The notes: a model not told the origin generated them from the letters alone. Counted from the stretch's first letter, positions 1 to 7,199 are shown. The stretch: DNA of 29,693 nt from a virus (IMGVR_UViG_2778261251_000001), one strand, 5' to 3'. A program made the numbers and translations.

Positions 1-46
1 CCCAGCTCTGAGCCTCAAGACGATCCTGAATGTAATAAGCGTTCAT
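1..46 (-). CDS. gam: Gam host-nuclease (RecBCD) inhibitor, 5' end only; gene runs off the window start
   Basis: Minus-strand ATG at 46-44 followed by [15 protein letters not shown], which I recognise as the N-terminus of short-form lambda Gam; lies directly downstream of kil as in the lambda pL operon. Confidence 0.75.
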   Translation of the reverse strand, partial: MNAYYIQDRLEAQSW

Positions 47-121
47 GGCTGAACTCCTGAAAATGGCTGTGAAAATAGCGCCCGCGAAATGCCAGGCTGA
101 TTAGGAAAACAGGAAAGGGGG

Positions 122-265
122 TTAGTGAATGCTTTTGCTTGATCTCAGTTTCAGCATTAATATCCATTTTTTATAAGCGTCGACGGCTTCACGAAACATC
201 TTTTCATCGCCAATAAAAGTGGCGATAGTGAATTTAGTCTGGATAGCCATAAGTGTTTGATCCAT
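122..265 (-). CDS. kil: Kil (FtsZ-targeting host killing protein), 47 aa
   Basis: C-terminal 47 aa of the 122..391 track ORF ([47 protein letters not shown]) match my recollection of lambda Kil; the upstream extension in the track lies in the cIII overlap and is probably not translated. Confidence 0.8.
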   Translation of the reverse strand: MDQTLMAIQTKFTIATFIGDEKMFREAVDAYKKWILMLKLRSSKSIH

Positions 266-398
266 TTTTTGGGACTCCTGGCTGATTAAGTATGTCGATA
301 AGGCGTTTCCATCCGTCACGTAATTTACGGGTGATTCGTTCAAGTAAAGATTCGGAAGGGCAGCCAGCAACAGGCCACCCTGCAATGGCATATTGCAT
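234..398 (-). CDS. cIII: CIII (FtsH/HflB inhibitor, lysogeny establishment), 54 aa
   Basis: Hand translation of minus strand from ATG at 398-396 gives [54 protein letters not shown], matching recalled lambda CIII; overlaps kil start in another frame as in lambda. Not in the ORF track because under 60 aa. Confidence 0.85.
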   Translation of the reverse strand: MQYAIAGWPVAGCPSESLLERITRKLRDGWKRLIDILNQPGVPKNGSNTYGYPD

Positions 399-470
399 GG
401 TGTGCTCCTTATTTATACATAACGAAAAACGCCTCGAGTGAAGCGTTATTGGTATGCGGTAAAGCCGCGC

Positions 471-782
471 TTAGGCGGCTGATGTTTCTTCTTTCAGGCT
501 TTCGAGATATTTACGTGGGTCGTCGTAACATTGGCATTCGCTGTACCAATCCACCCAGCGATCAGTAAGCCCCATCTCTGATAAATCTTCATCGGTAAGG
601 CTCTCATCCCACATCTCAAGGCCGTTAGCATTGCAGTAATCAGGCTTGATGTTGTTGTCATACTGAAAGGCGTCATAATCAGCCAGTGCGTCCATCAGGC
701 GAACACCCTCTTCAACACTTGCCACTTCTACAATGAACGGCTTCATAGGTACTTGCGGGATATGCCAGACACGTAATTTCAT
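471..782 (-). CDS. hypothetical acidic protein in the ea10 position of the pL operon
   Basis: 103-aa minus-strand ORF between cIII and ral, co-oriented with the pL operon; no family recognised with confidence. Confidence 0.55.
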   Translation of the reverse strand: MKLRVWHIPQVPMKPFIVEVASVEEGVRLMDALADYDAFQYDNNIKPDYCNANGLEMWDESLTDEDLSEMGLTDRWVDWYSECQCYDDPRKYLESLKEETSAA

Positions 783-956
783 ATTTCCTCCGTCAAAAAA
801 ATGCCCTCACACTGGAGGGCAAAGAAGATTTCCAATAATCAGAACAAGTCGGCTCCTGTTTAGTTACGAGCGACATTGCTCCGTGTATTCACTCGTTGGA
901 ATGAATACACAGTGCAGTGTTTATTCTGTTATTTATGCCAAAAATAAAGGCCACTA

Positions 957-1157
957 TCAGGCAGCTTTGTTGTTCTGTTTACCAAGTTCTCTGGCAATCA
1001 TTGCCGTCGTTCGTATTGCCCATTTATCGACATATTTCCCATCTTCCATTACAGGAAACATTTCTTCAGGCTTAACCATGCATTCCGATTGCAGCTTGCA
1101 TCCATTGCATCGCTTGAATTGTCCACACCATTGATTTTTATCAATAGTCGTAGTCAT
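957..1157 (-). CDS. ral: restriction alleviation protein Ral-like, 66 aa
   Basis: MTTTIDKNQWCGQFKRCNGCKLQSECMV... matches my recollection of lambda Ral; correct position between cIII/ea10 and N. Confidence 0.75.
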   Translation of the reverse strand: MTTTIDKNQWCGQFKRCNGCKLQSECMVKPEEMFPVMEDGKYVDKWAIRTTAMIARELGKQNNKAA

Positions 1158-1227
1158 ACGGATAGTCCTGGTATTGTTCCATCACATCCTGAGGATGCTC
1201 TTCGAACTCTTCAAATTCTTCTTCCAT
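1141..1227 (-). CDS. small acidic 28-aa ORF (lambda orf28-like) overlapping ral start
   Basis: Hand translation gives MEEEFEEFEEHPQDVMEQYQDYPYDYDY*; AAGGTGA Shine-Dalgarno 5-6 nt upstream; stop overlaps the ral ATG, suggesting translational coupling; lambda has a 28-codon ORF at this position. Confidence 0.45.
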   Translation of the reverse strand: MEEEFEEFEEHPQDVMEQYQDYPYDYDY

Positions 1228-1370
1228 ATATCACCTTAAATAGTGGATTGCGGTAGTAAAGATTGTGCCTGTCTTTTAACCACATCAGGCTCGGTGGTTC
1301 TCGTGTACCCCTACAGCGAGAAATCGGATAAACTCTATTCACCCCTACAGAGAGCAAAAGAGAAACGCCG

Positions 1371-1952
1371 ATGAACAACTCATGGTGGCAGGAACTAATG
1401 CATTTTTTCCTGCAAGGAATGACACTTAAACAGTTGATTCATATGCTAATCATCCTGATCATATTGATTATTGTTATGCCGGTAAGCGTAAAAGAATGGA
1501 TAAACCTGCATAATCCAGAAATCCTTCCTCATTACTGGATGTATTACATCCTGTTGTTTTGCGTTAGCTATGTGCTTAACGGCGTTGTTAATTCCGCTTA
1601 TCACGCTGTGACTGAAAGAATTGAGGTATTCGCTGCTCAGAAGCGCAAATCTAAAGAAGAGAAATACGTGCAAGATTTGTTTGATTCGTTAACTCTTGGA
1701 GAAAGAGCGTATTTGGCACTCGCTGTAGTCGCTAATAACCAGCTACAAACGGAAAAGGGAAGCCCTGAAGCAATCTCATTGCTCGAAAAAGGGCTTCTTA
1801 TTCGGATACCTTCTGCTACTGGATATCCTGAAATCGACCGTTTTGTTATCCCAGAACGCTATAGAAATGAGTGCTACATTAGGTTTGCTGGGAAGAAAGA
1901 CAGTCTTATGGATGAACTTATCGCTCAGGATAAGCACGGCAAAAACAAGTAA
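1371..1952 (+). CDS. sieB: superinfection exclusion protein SieB-like, membrane protein, 193 aa
   Basis: 193-aa ORF with N-terminal hydrophobic segment (LIHMLIILIILIIVMPV); recalled similarity to lambda/P22 SieB; sits between ral and N, convergent with N. Confidence 0.7.
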   Translation: MNNSWWQELMHFFLQGMTLKQLIHMLIILIILIIVMPVSVKEWINLHNPEILPHYWMYYILLFCVSYVLNGVVNSAYHAVTERIEVFAAQKRKSKEEKYVQDLFDSLTLGERAYLALAVVANNQLQTEKGSPEAISLLEKGLLIRIPSATGYPEIDRFVIPERYRNECYIRFAGKKDSLMDELIAQDKHGKNK

Positions 1953-1968
1953 TTAGCAAATTAATTTA

Positions 1969-2241
1969 TCATCTCGCCGTCAGTTGTTTTGATTTCCGGT
2001 AGCCTGCCGCGTAAATAGCTACGTTTGGCAGGCAAATACTTCCACTGCATTCATCTGCCTTCTTGCAGCGAAGGCTTCCGAGTGATGCTGCTTTATCTGC
2101 TCTGACGCAACCAGAGAGCTTTAGCGCAATTTTTCGCGCCAGTCGCTGTTCTTGCATTGCCTGTTCACGTTGAGCCTGTCTGCGTGCTCTGCGGCGATTT
2201 CTGGCGTTATCGTCAGCCAGATATGTAATGACTACTGTCAT
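1969..2241 (-). CDS. N: antitermination protein N-like
   Basis: 90-aa ORF with arginine-rich motif (NARNRRRARRQAQREQ) near the N-terminus and a C-terminal VAIYAAGYRKSKQLTAR resembling P22 gp24; directly downstream of a boxA/boxB nut site on the same strand. Confidence 0.8.
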   Translation of the reverse strand: MTVVITYLADDNARNRRRARRQAQREQAMQEQRLARKIALKLSGCVRADKAASLGSLRCKKADECSGSICLPNVAIYAAGYRKSKQLTAR

Positions 2242-2348
2242 GTTGACCTCCGATGATTGACTTTGGCGGTGACGCGCCGGGTGCTTATCTTCCGGTTGCC
2301 GTCGTGCAGCTGCACTTCACATCACCCCAAAGCCAACTACTCTTTGGT

Positions 2349-2389
2349 TCCCGCATTTCGGCGGGACAATCCCATCAATGTTAAAGAGC
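2349..2389 (-). promoter_or_regulatory. nutL (boxA GCTCTTTAACA plus boxB hairpin CCCGC-CGAAAT-GCGGG)
   Basis: Read on minus strand: boxA-like GCTCTTTAACA (plus 2379-2389) followed by an inverted repeat (plus 2349-2366); the same boxB sequence recurs downstream of cro on the plus strand. Confidence 0.6.
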
Positions 2390-2436
2390 CTGCCAATCTG
2401 TTCCGTTTGGCTACCAGCGTCCTGCTGATGGCTAAA

Positions 2437-2522
2437 GAATACTGTAGGTATTTTATTGTGTAAATACCCAGGGTATTTATTTTTGATGAAATAATGATAA
2501 ACAGATGAATACAAAGGATATT
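2437..2522. promoter_or_regulatory. OL operator cluster / pL region: three AATAC-N5-GTATT-type sites
   Basis: Sites at 2438-2452 (AATACTGTAGGTATT), 2462-2478 (perfect 17-bp palindrome AAATACCCAGGGTATTT) and 2508-2522 (AATACAAAGGATATT, degenerate); located between the cI operon and N as expected for OL/pL. The pL -35/-10 hexamers were not assigned. Confidence 0.55.
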
Positions 2523-2608
2523 TATTTTTTCGGTATCTGCTTGTTCAGTGCTTTTTATGCGGGATATGTGAAGTGGATCCCGATAGCTATTGCTGCCGGG
2601 ATTATGGG

Positions 2609-2977
2609 TTAGTCAGCGAAGGTTAAGACGAGAATTACCTTAATGATGTCTGCTACAACAGACACGGCCACAGATAAACCAAAGACGATCCAAGCCATAG
2701 AGATGTCTTCACTACCATCGTATAGAGTTCCGTAATCACTGGTGTAAGGCGTAAATGTCGCGCCTTGATACAACAGGTATAAGCTTGATCCATAGAGGAT
2801 AAATGCAGATATCCCTTGTATTGCTATGACCACTAGAATCATGAAACGAGCTGATCTATGCGCCCAAGCCTGGCTTATTTTTTCTGATAGAGATTTCGCA
2901 ATAAAAGCATGCGCTAAGCCGTAAATTGTTGAGATTGCCAACATCCCAAAAAAGCTTGCTATAGCGGTTCCAACCAT
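2609..2977 (-). CDS. small integral membrane protein (3 predicted TM segments) co-transcribed downstream of cI; function unknown
   Basis: 122-aa ORF starting 19 nt after the cI stop with an AGGGGGA Shine-Dalgarno; three long hydrophobic stretches; occupies the rexA/rexB position of lambda. Confidence 0.6.
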   Translation of the reverse strand: MVGTAIASFFGMLAISTIYGLAHAFIAKSLSEKISQAWAHRSARFMILVVIAIQGISAFILYGSSLYLLYQGATFTPYTSDYGTLYDGSEDISMAWIVFGLSVAVSVVADIIKVILVLTFAD

Positions 2978-2996
2978 AAGCGTCCCCCTTGCGTGA

Positions 2997-3713
2997 TCAA
3001 ACCAGCCTTAGTTTTGTCTCAATTGCAACGCCTATAATCTTGCAGTTTCCATTGATTGGCACGAGAGGCCATGCAGGGTTAAGTCCCTTGAGGTATTTAT
3101 TTCCGCCGTCGATTATCAGCTTCTTGAATGTTGCTTCGTTAGAGTCAGAAAGTTTTGCTATGACCAAGCTGCCGTTGATCGCCTCCCTTCCGGTATCGAA
3201 AAGAACGAATGTTCCCTCTGGAATGCTTAACCCAACCGGTGCCGTCATTGAATCACCTTCCACTTTAAGCCAGAACGCATTACCTTGAATATGCGCGTCA
3301 GACTCAAGCCAAACATCTATGTCTTTAATGGTGTATGGTTCGCATGCTTCACACCACGAGCCAGCCTGGATACTGCTTAACACCGGATACCTCTTTCCTG
3401 CTCTGTATTCCCCTGCATACCTTACGTTGGCATCGCTCTTAAGGCTTTCTGCCTGTTCTGCAACCTTGGCAGCAATTGACTGGCTAAAATCAGCAATTGA
3501 GACTTGCAACAAACGTGCAAAACCAGATGCGACCTCAACGTTTAGCGCGTTTCTGCCATTAAGATAATGCCCTACCGCTCCTTGGGTGATACCCAGTTCA
3601 TCAGCGATTGAGTATTGGGTTATTCCCAATTCTTTCTTTTTTGACTCATACAAAGCCTTAAGCCGCTTAGCGTCTTCGAGCTGTTCTGTCGTCAGTGATT
3701 TTTTATTTTCCAT
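2997..3713 (-). CDS. cI: CI-type prophage repressor (HTH N-domain plus LexA/S24-like autocleavage C-domain)
   Basis: 238 aa; N-terminus KKSLTTEQLEDAKRLKALYESKKKELGITQ resembles lambda CI; an Ala-Gly in SIQAGSW, a GDSM serine motif and FKKL lysine motif fit the S24 self-cleaving fold; no Shine-Dalgarno upstream, so a leaderless pRM-type transcript is plausible. Confidence 0.9.
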   Translation of the reverse strand: MENKKSLTTEQLEDAKRLKALYESKKKELGITQYSIADELGITQGAVGHYLNGRNALNVEVASGFARLLQVSIADFSQSIAAKVAEQAESLKSDANVRYAGEYRAGKRYPVLSSIQAGSWCEACEPYTIKDIDVWLESDAHIQGNAFWLKVEGDSMTAPVGLSIPEGTFVLFDTGREAINGSLVIAKLSDSNEATFKKLIIDGGNKYLKGLNPAWPLVPINGNCKIIGVAIETKLRLV

Positions 3714-3747
3714 AGCTTAATTCTAATAGCTAAGGTACTTAAACTAA

Positions 3748-3790
3748 AAATACCCTGAGTATTGATTGCTTTGAATACCTGTAGTATTCT
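3748..3790. promoter_or_regulatory. OR operators with pR/pRM: two AATAC-N5-GTATT sites and a candidate pR (-35 TTGATT, -10 TATTCT)
   Basis: AATACCCTGAGTATT at 3749-3763 and AATACCTGTAGTATT at 3774-3788 in the divergent cI/cro intergenic region; candidate -35 at 3762-3767 and -10 at 3785-3790 with a 17-nt spacer. Confidence 0.55.
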
Positions 3791-3819
3791 TTGTTCATGG
3801 TTAATAACGGAGAGTGCAT

Positions 3820-4014
3820 ATGATTCGAATGACACTTGCCGATTACGCCAAAATCCATGGACAGGCTAAAGCAGCCAGTGACTTTGGTGTAATCCAGTGC
3901 GCTATCAGCAAGGCCATTCTGGCAGGCCGTAACATTATGGTTACGGTAAAGCCTGATGGCAGTGTGATTGGAGAGGAAGTTCGTCCTTTCCCAAGCAACA
4001 AGAAAAACAAATAG
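3820..4014 (+). CDS. cro: Cro repressor
   Basis: [39 protein letters not shown]...FPSNKK aligns by eye along its whole length with lambda Cro; GGAG 7 nt upstream of ATG 3820 (the track's 3814 start is a GTG). Confidence 0.85.
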   Translation: MIRMTLADYAKIHGQAKAASDFGVIQCAISKAILAGRNIMVTVKPDGSVIGEEVRPFPSNKKNK

Positions 4015-4020
4015 TAACAC

Positions 4021-4065
4021 CGCTCTTTAACAGTCATGGTCCTCATTCCCGCCGAAATGCGGGAA
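4021..4065 (+). promoter_or_regulatory. nutR (boxA CGCTCTTTAACA plus boxB hairpin TTCCCGC-CGAAAT-GCGGGAA)
   Basis: boxA at 4021-4032 immediately after the cro stop; 7-bp-stem hairpin at 4046-4065 identical in core to the nutL boxB. Confidence 0.65.
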
Positions 4066-4122
4066 TACAACGCGCATAAGTTGATGCGCATAACTTCTTA
4101 TTAGTTAAGGAAATACTTACAT

Positions 4123-4401
4123 ATGCAACTTACAAGTACTCGCAAGAAAGCGAATGCAATTACAAGCAACATCCTGAATCGAATTGCTGTACGTGGTCAG
4201 CGAAAGGTTGCCGACGCGTTAGGGATTAATGAATCGCAAATTTCGCGATGGAAAGACAGCTTCATCCCCAAAATGGGAATGCTTCTTGCTGTTCTTGAAT
4301 GGGGTGTTGAAGACGAGGAGTTGGCGGAACTGGCTAAGAAAGTAGCCAGAATGCTGACAAAAGAAAAAGCCCCGAAGAACGGCGAATTCTTCGAGGCCTG
4401 A
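4123..4401 (+). CDS. cII: CII transcriptional activator
   Basis: ...ESQISRWKDSFIPKMGMLLAVLEWGV... matches the lambda CII helix-turn-helix and tetramerisation region; AAGGA Shine-Dalgarno upstream. Confidence 0.85.
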   Translation: MQLTSTRKKANAITSNILNRIAVRGQRKVADALGINESQISRWKDSFIPKMGMLLAVLEWGVEDEELAELAKKVARMLTKEKAPKNGEFFEA

Positions 4402-4435
4402 TGTAGAAAGACTGGATCAATCCACAGGAGTAATT

Positions 4436-4597
4436 ATGACAAAACGTCGTAAGAAATACCAGGAAAAAGAAGAGATTCGACACCCTGATTCACCTGAGGG
4501 ATTAGTGGTAGCCGCAGCAAATAACAGGGCGTTCGCAGAGCGCCTTGTTGGTGTTTACAGACTAGCCAAAGCAGGAGTGAAGCATGGGCGTCGTTAA
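4436..4597 (+). CDS. small basic ORF (53 aa) between cII and the replication initiator
   Basis: Hand-translated MTKRRKKYQEKEEIRHPDSPEGLVVAAANNRAFAERLVGVYRLAKAGVKHGRR*; AGGAG 5 nt upstream; end overlaps the start of the O-like gene. Confidence 0.4.
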   Translation: MTKRRKKYQEKEEIRHPDSPEGLVVAAANNRAFAERLVGVYRLAKAGVKHGRR

Positions 4598-5474
4598 GTT
4601 AGCTGATTACAGGCATAACCCTGTACAACATCAGGAGGCATCCAGTATGGGGTATGTCTCTATACACCGCCAGTTTATGGACAGCAGGCTCTATAAGGAC
4701 TCTCAGGCAGTACATCTTTGGCTTCACTTAATCCTCAAGGCTAATCACGAATCTACTGTCGTCAATACGGATATCGGGCCGATAACTGTTGATCGCGGTC
4801 AGATGATAACTGGACGCCCGTCGCTGGTCAGAGAAACATTCATCCCCGACAACAAAGTTCGGAGCTTATTACGGACTTTTGAGTCGAAAGGGATGCTTAA
4901 TATTTGCTCGATGGGGAAGAAATTTAGCCTGTTTACAATCGTTAAATATGACGATTTTCAGGCAAAAAATTGTCCAACGGTTGTCCAACGGTTGTCCAAC
5001 GCAAACACCAGTAATGGCGCGGCTCTCAGCGGAGATTGTCCAACGGTTGTCCAACGGTTGTCCATAAACAATAATATAAATAATATCTCTAATACTGACG
5101 TATTAGAGAGTGCCACAGCAGACAAAAAGTCTGACAAGAAAAAACCTTCCGTCAGCTGTCAGGATGTTGTCGATGCTTACCACGAAATCCTTCCTGAAGC
5201 GCCAAGAATCCGCGCACTGAATGACAAGCGTAAAAACCAGATCCGAACGTTCTGGCGCAAAGCCGGAGTAATAACACGCCAACTTGACGGGCATGGGTTC
5301 ACGATGCAGGACTGGAGAAATTATTTGAGCTACGTTGGCGAAAATTGCCGATGGATGTTCGAAGAGCGCCCAAACCATCAACGCGGAACCGTCTGGCACA
5401 AAAAGGGATTTGATTTCCTGCTTAACGATAATACCTACCTGAAAGTTCGTGAGGGTGAACACGATGACCGATAA
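4584..5474 (+). CDS. O: replication initiator protein O-like (origin-binding)
   Basis: 296-aa ORF with AGGAG upstream; the ori iterons lie inside its linker region, as in the lambda O gene; followed by a helicase gene. Confidence 0.75.
   Translation: MGVVKLADYRHNPVQHQEASSMGYVSIHRQFMDSRLYKDSQAVHLWLHLILKANHESTVVNTDIGPITVDRGQMITGRPSLVRETFIPDNKVRSLLRTFESKGMLNICSMGKKFSLFTIVKYDDFQAKNCPTVVQRLSNANTSNGAALSGDCPTVVQRLSINNNINNISNTDVLESATADKKSDKKKPSVSCQDVVDAYHEILPEAPRIRALNDKRKNQIRTFWRKAGVITRQLDGHGFTMQDWRNYLSYVGENCRWMFEERPNHQRGTVWHKKGFDFLLNDNTYLKVREGEHDDR
4970..5105. repeat. origin of replication: six direct iterons of TTGTCCAACGG followed by an AT-rich tract
   Basis: Copies at 4970-4980, 4981-4991, 4992-5002 (last base C), 5036-5046, 5047-5057 and a partial copy at 5058-5066, then an AT-rich tract to about 5105; encodes the repeated CPTVVQRLS peptide in O. 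Confidence 0.75.
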
Positions 5475-6900
5475 TTTTTATGCGCCGCCCCATAGCATCG
5501 AGGCAGAGCAGGCGGTGATTGGTGGATTGCTTCTGGATGATGACAGCAGTGAGCGCGTCCAGAAAGTTCTGGCGATGCTGAAGCCTGATTCATTTTACAG
5601 CCGACCACACAAAATCCTTTTCGAAGAAATAACCAGAATGCACCGGGAGCAAAAGCCAGTAGATGGCCTGACGCTTTTCGATGAACTGGAGCGTAAATCG
5701 TTAACGGCGTCTGTTGGCGGTTTTGCTTATATCGCTGAGATCGCAAAGAACACGCCAAGCGCAGCAAACATCGTTGCCTATGCAATGCAGGTTCGTGAAA
5801 CCGCAATGGAACGCTACGCCATCAACCGCATGACTGAAGCGACGGAATTGCTCTATTCCCGCAACGGAATGACTGCGACGCAGAAGTACGAAGCTATTCA
5901 GGCGATTTTTACGCAACTGACAGACCATGCAAAAACCGGATCGCGTCGCGGCCTTCGCTCATTTGGTGAGGTCATGGAAGACTGGGTTAGCGACCTTGAG
6001 AAGCGATTTGACCCGTCAGGCGAACAACGAGGAATGAGCACAGGGATCCCATCGCTGGACAGGATGCTGTCACCGAAAGGTCTGGTGAAAGGCTCTCTGT
6101 TTGTCATTGGCGCTCGCCCTAAGATGGGGAAAACGACGCTATACAGCCAGATGGCAATCAACTGCGCAGTGCATGAGAAAAAGCCCGCTCTGATGTTCAG
6201 CCTTGAAATGCCCGGTGACCAGATACTGGAAAAACTGGTAGGACAGAAGTCAGGTGTTAACCCGAATATTTTTTACCTTCCGGCGACAAATGACGCTGAT
6301 GACGGCTATCAGGGTGATTACGATGGTGACTTCAACAGGGCGATCGAAACAGCCAATCGCTTGAGTGAAATCGACCTGCTTTACATCGACGACACGCCGG
6401 GATTATCTCTGGCTCAAATCGTCAGCGAAAGTCGTCGAATCAAGCGAGAAAAAGGATGTGTTGGCATGATTCTGGTCGATTACCTGACACTAATGACTGC
6501 TGAGAAGGCCGATCGCAACGACCTTGCTTACGGCATGATCACCAAAGGACTGAAGAACCTTGCCAAAGAGCTTGATTGCGTTGTTGTGCTTCTGACGCAG
6601 CTTAACCGCGCACTGGAAAGCAGAACCAATAAACGCCCATTACCAAGTGACTCACGAGATACAGGGCAGATTGAACAGGATTGCGATTATTGGGTGGGGA
6701 TCCATCGTGAAGGTGCTTTTGATGACAGTGTTCCACCTGGTGAAACCGAACTAATCCTTCGTCTCAATCGTCATGGCAATACCGGCACGGTGTATTGCAT
6801 TCAGGCAAATGGCGCTATTTATGACACAGACCAACAGTCCGCTGAAATGCGCCGCCGTGAACGCGAGGAACCGCAATCCAAGAAGAAAGGAGGATTCTGA
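5464..6900 (+). CDS. DnaB-family replicative helicase (P22 gp12-type)
   Basis: Walker A GARPKMGKTT, Walker B-like ILVDYL and the overall RecA-like layout of DnaB helicases; ATG 5464 chosen over the in-frame GTG at 5449. Confidence 0.85.
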   Translation: MTDNFYAPPHSIEAEQAVIGGLLLDDDSSERVQKVLAMLKPDSFYSRPHKILFEEITRMHREQKPVDGLTLFDELERKSLTASVGGFAYIAEIAKNTPSAANIVAYAMQVRETAMERYAINRMTEATELLYSRNGMTATQKYEAIQAIFTQLTDHAKTGSRRGLRSFGEVMEDWVSDLEKRFDPSGEQRGMSTGIPSLDRMLSPKGLVKGSLFVIGARPKMGKTTLYSQMAINCAVHEKKPALMFSLEMPGDQILEKLVGQKSGVNPNIFYLPATNDADDGYQGDYDGDFNRAIETANRLSEIDLLYIDDTPGLSLAQIVSESRRIKREKGCVGMILVDYLTLMTAEKADRNDLAYGMITKGLKNLAKELDCVVVLLTQLNRALESRTNKRPLPSDSRDTGQIEQDCDYWVGIHREGAFDDSVPPGETELILRLNRHGNTGTVYCIQANGAIYDTDQQSAEMRRREREEPQSKKKGGF

Positions 6901-6983
6901 TGACCATCTACATCACTGAGCTTGTAACAGGCCTGCTGGTAATCGCAGGCCTTTTTATTTGGGGGAGAGTAAATCGTGGCTGA
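6900..6983 (+). CDS. 27-aa hydrophobic peptide ORF
   Basis: MTIYITELVTGLLVIAGLFIWGRVNRG*; ATG overlaps the helicase stop (TGATG); one TM-like segment. Could be non-coding. Confidence 0.25.
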   Translation: MTIYITELVTGLLVIAGLFIWGRVNRG

Positions 6984-6987
6984 GTTT

Positions 6988-7182
6988 ATGCTCGTCGCAC
7001 TCAAATGCGTTGGCGTTGGATGGATTCTTCTGACGTTTTTTATTGTTCTGCATAGCTACATTCGTCTTGTGAATGACGGTAAAGACCCATGGTATACGTT
7101 GTTTGGCGCTGCATTTGTCTGGGTGATTATCGGTGTTATGCCTGTCGCTGTAGCAAAAATGGCGTGGCGTTTTGTGAGTTGA
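6988..7182 (+). CDS. small membrane protein (about 64 aa, two hydrophobic segments)
   Basis: ORF track 6976..7182 (GTG start); ATG at 6988 preferred; hydrophobic content suggests two TM helices. Confidence 0.4.
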   Translation: MLVALKCVGVGWILLTFFIVLHSYIRLVNDGKDPWYTLFGAAFVWVIIGVMPVAVAKMAWRFVS

Positions 7183-7199
7183 ACTGAGGGTAAGTATCG

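Noticed and set aside
47-121. Long-form Gam start upstream of the MNAYYIQ methionine
   Set aside because: The frame upstream of position 46 could not be confidently matched to the recalled lambda long-Gam N-terminus, so only the short-form start is annotated.
462-479. Hairpin AGCCGC-GCTTAG-GCGGCT as a terminator
   Set aside because: It overlaps the 3' end of the ea10-position ORF and has no clear T-tract on the minus strand; too weak to call.
733-1134. 133-aa plus-strand ORF overlapping the ea10-position ORF and ral
   Set aside because: Antisense to two well-supported minus-strand genes of the pL operon, with a low-complexity Cys/His-rich translation; most likely a spurious overlapping frame.
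2317-2514. 65-aa minus-strand ORF spanning the OL/pL operators and nutL
   Set aside because: It would run through the operator, promoter and nut RNA elements; the region is better explained as regulatory non-coding sequence.
2989-3567. Plus-strand ORFs (99 aa and 82 aa) inside the cI coding region
   Set aside because: Fully antisense to the strongly supported CI repressor gene; no Shine-Dalgarno noticed and translations are low-complexity.
3739-4091. Minus-strand ORFs (93 aa and 82 aa) antisense to cro and nutR
   Set aside because: Overlap the Cro gene and the OR operators on the wrong strand; no recognisable product.
4970-5066. Possible CRISPR array suggested by short direct repeats
   Set aside because: Repeats are 11 bp, tandem without unique spacers, and lie inside the initiator gene; this is an iteron origin, not a CRISPR array.
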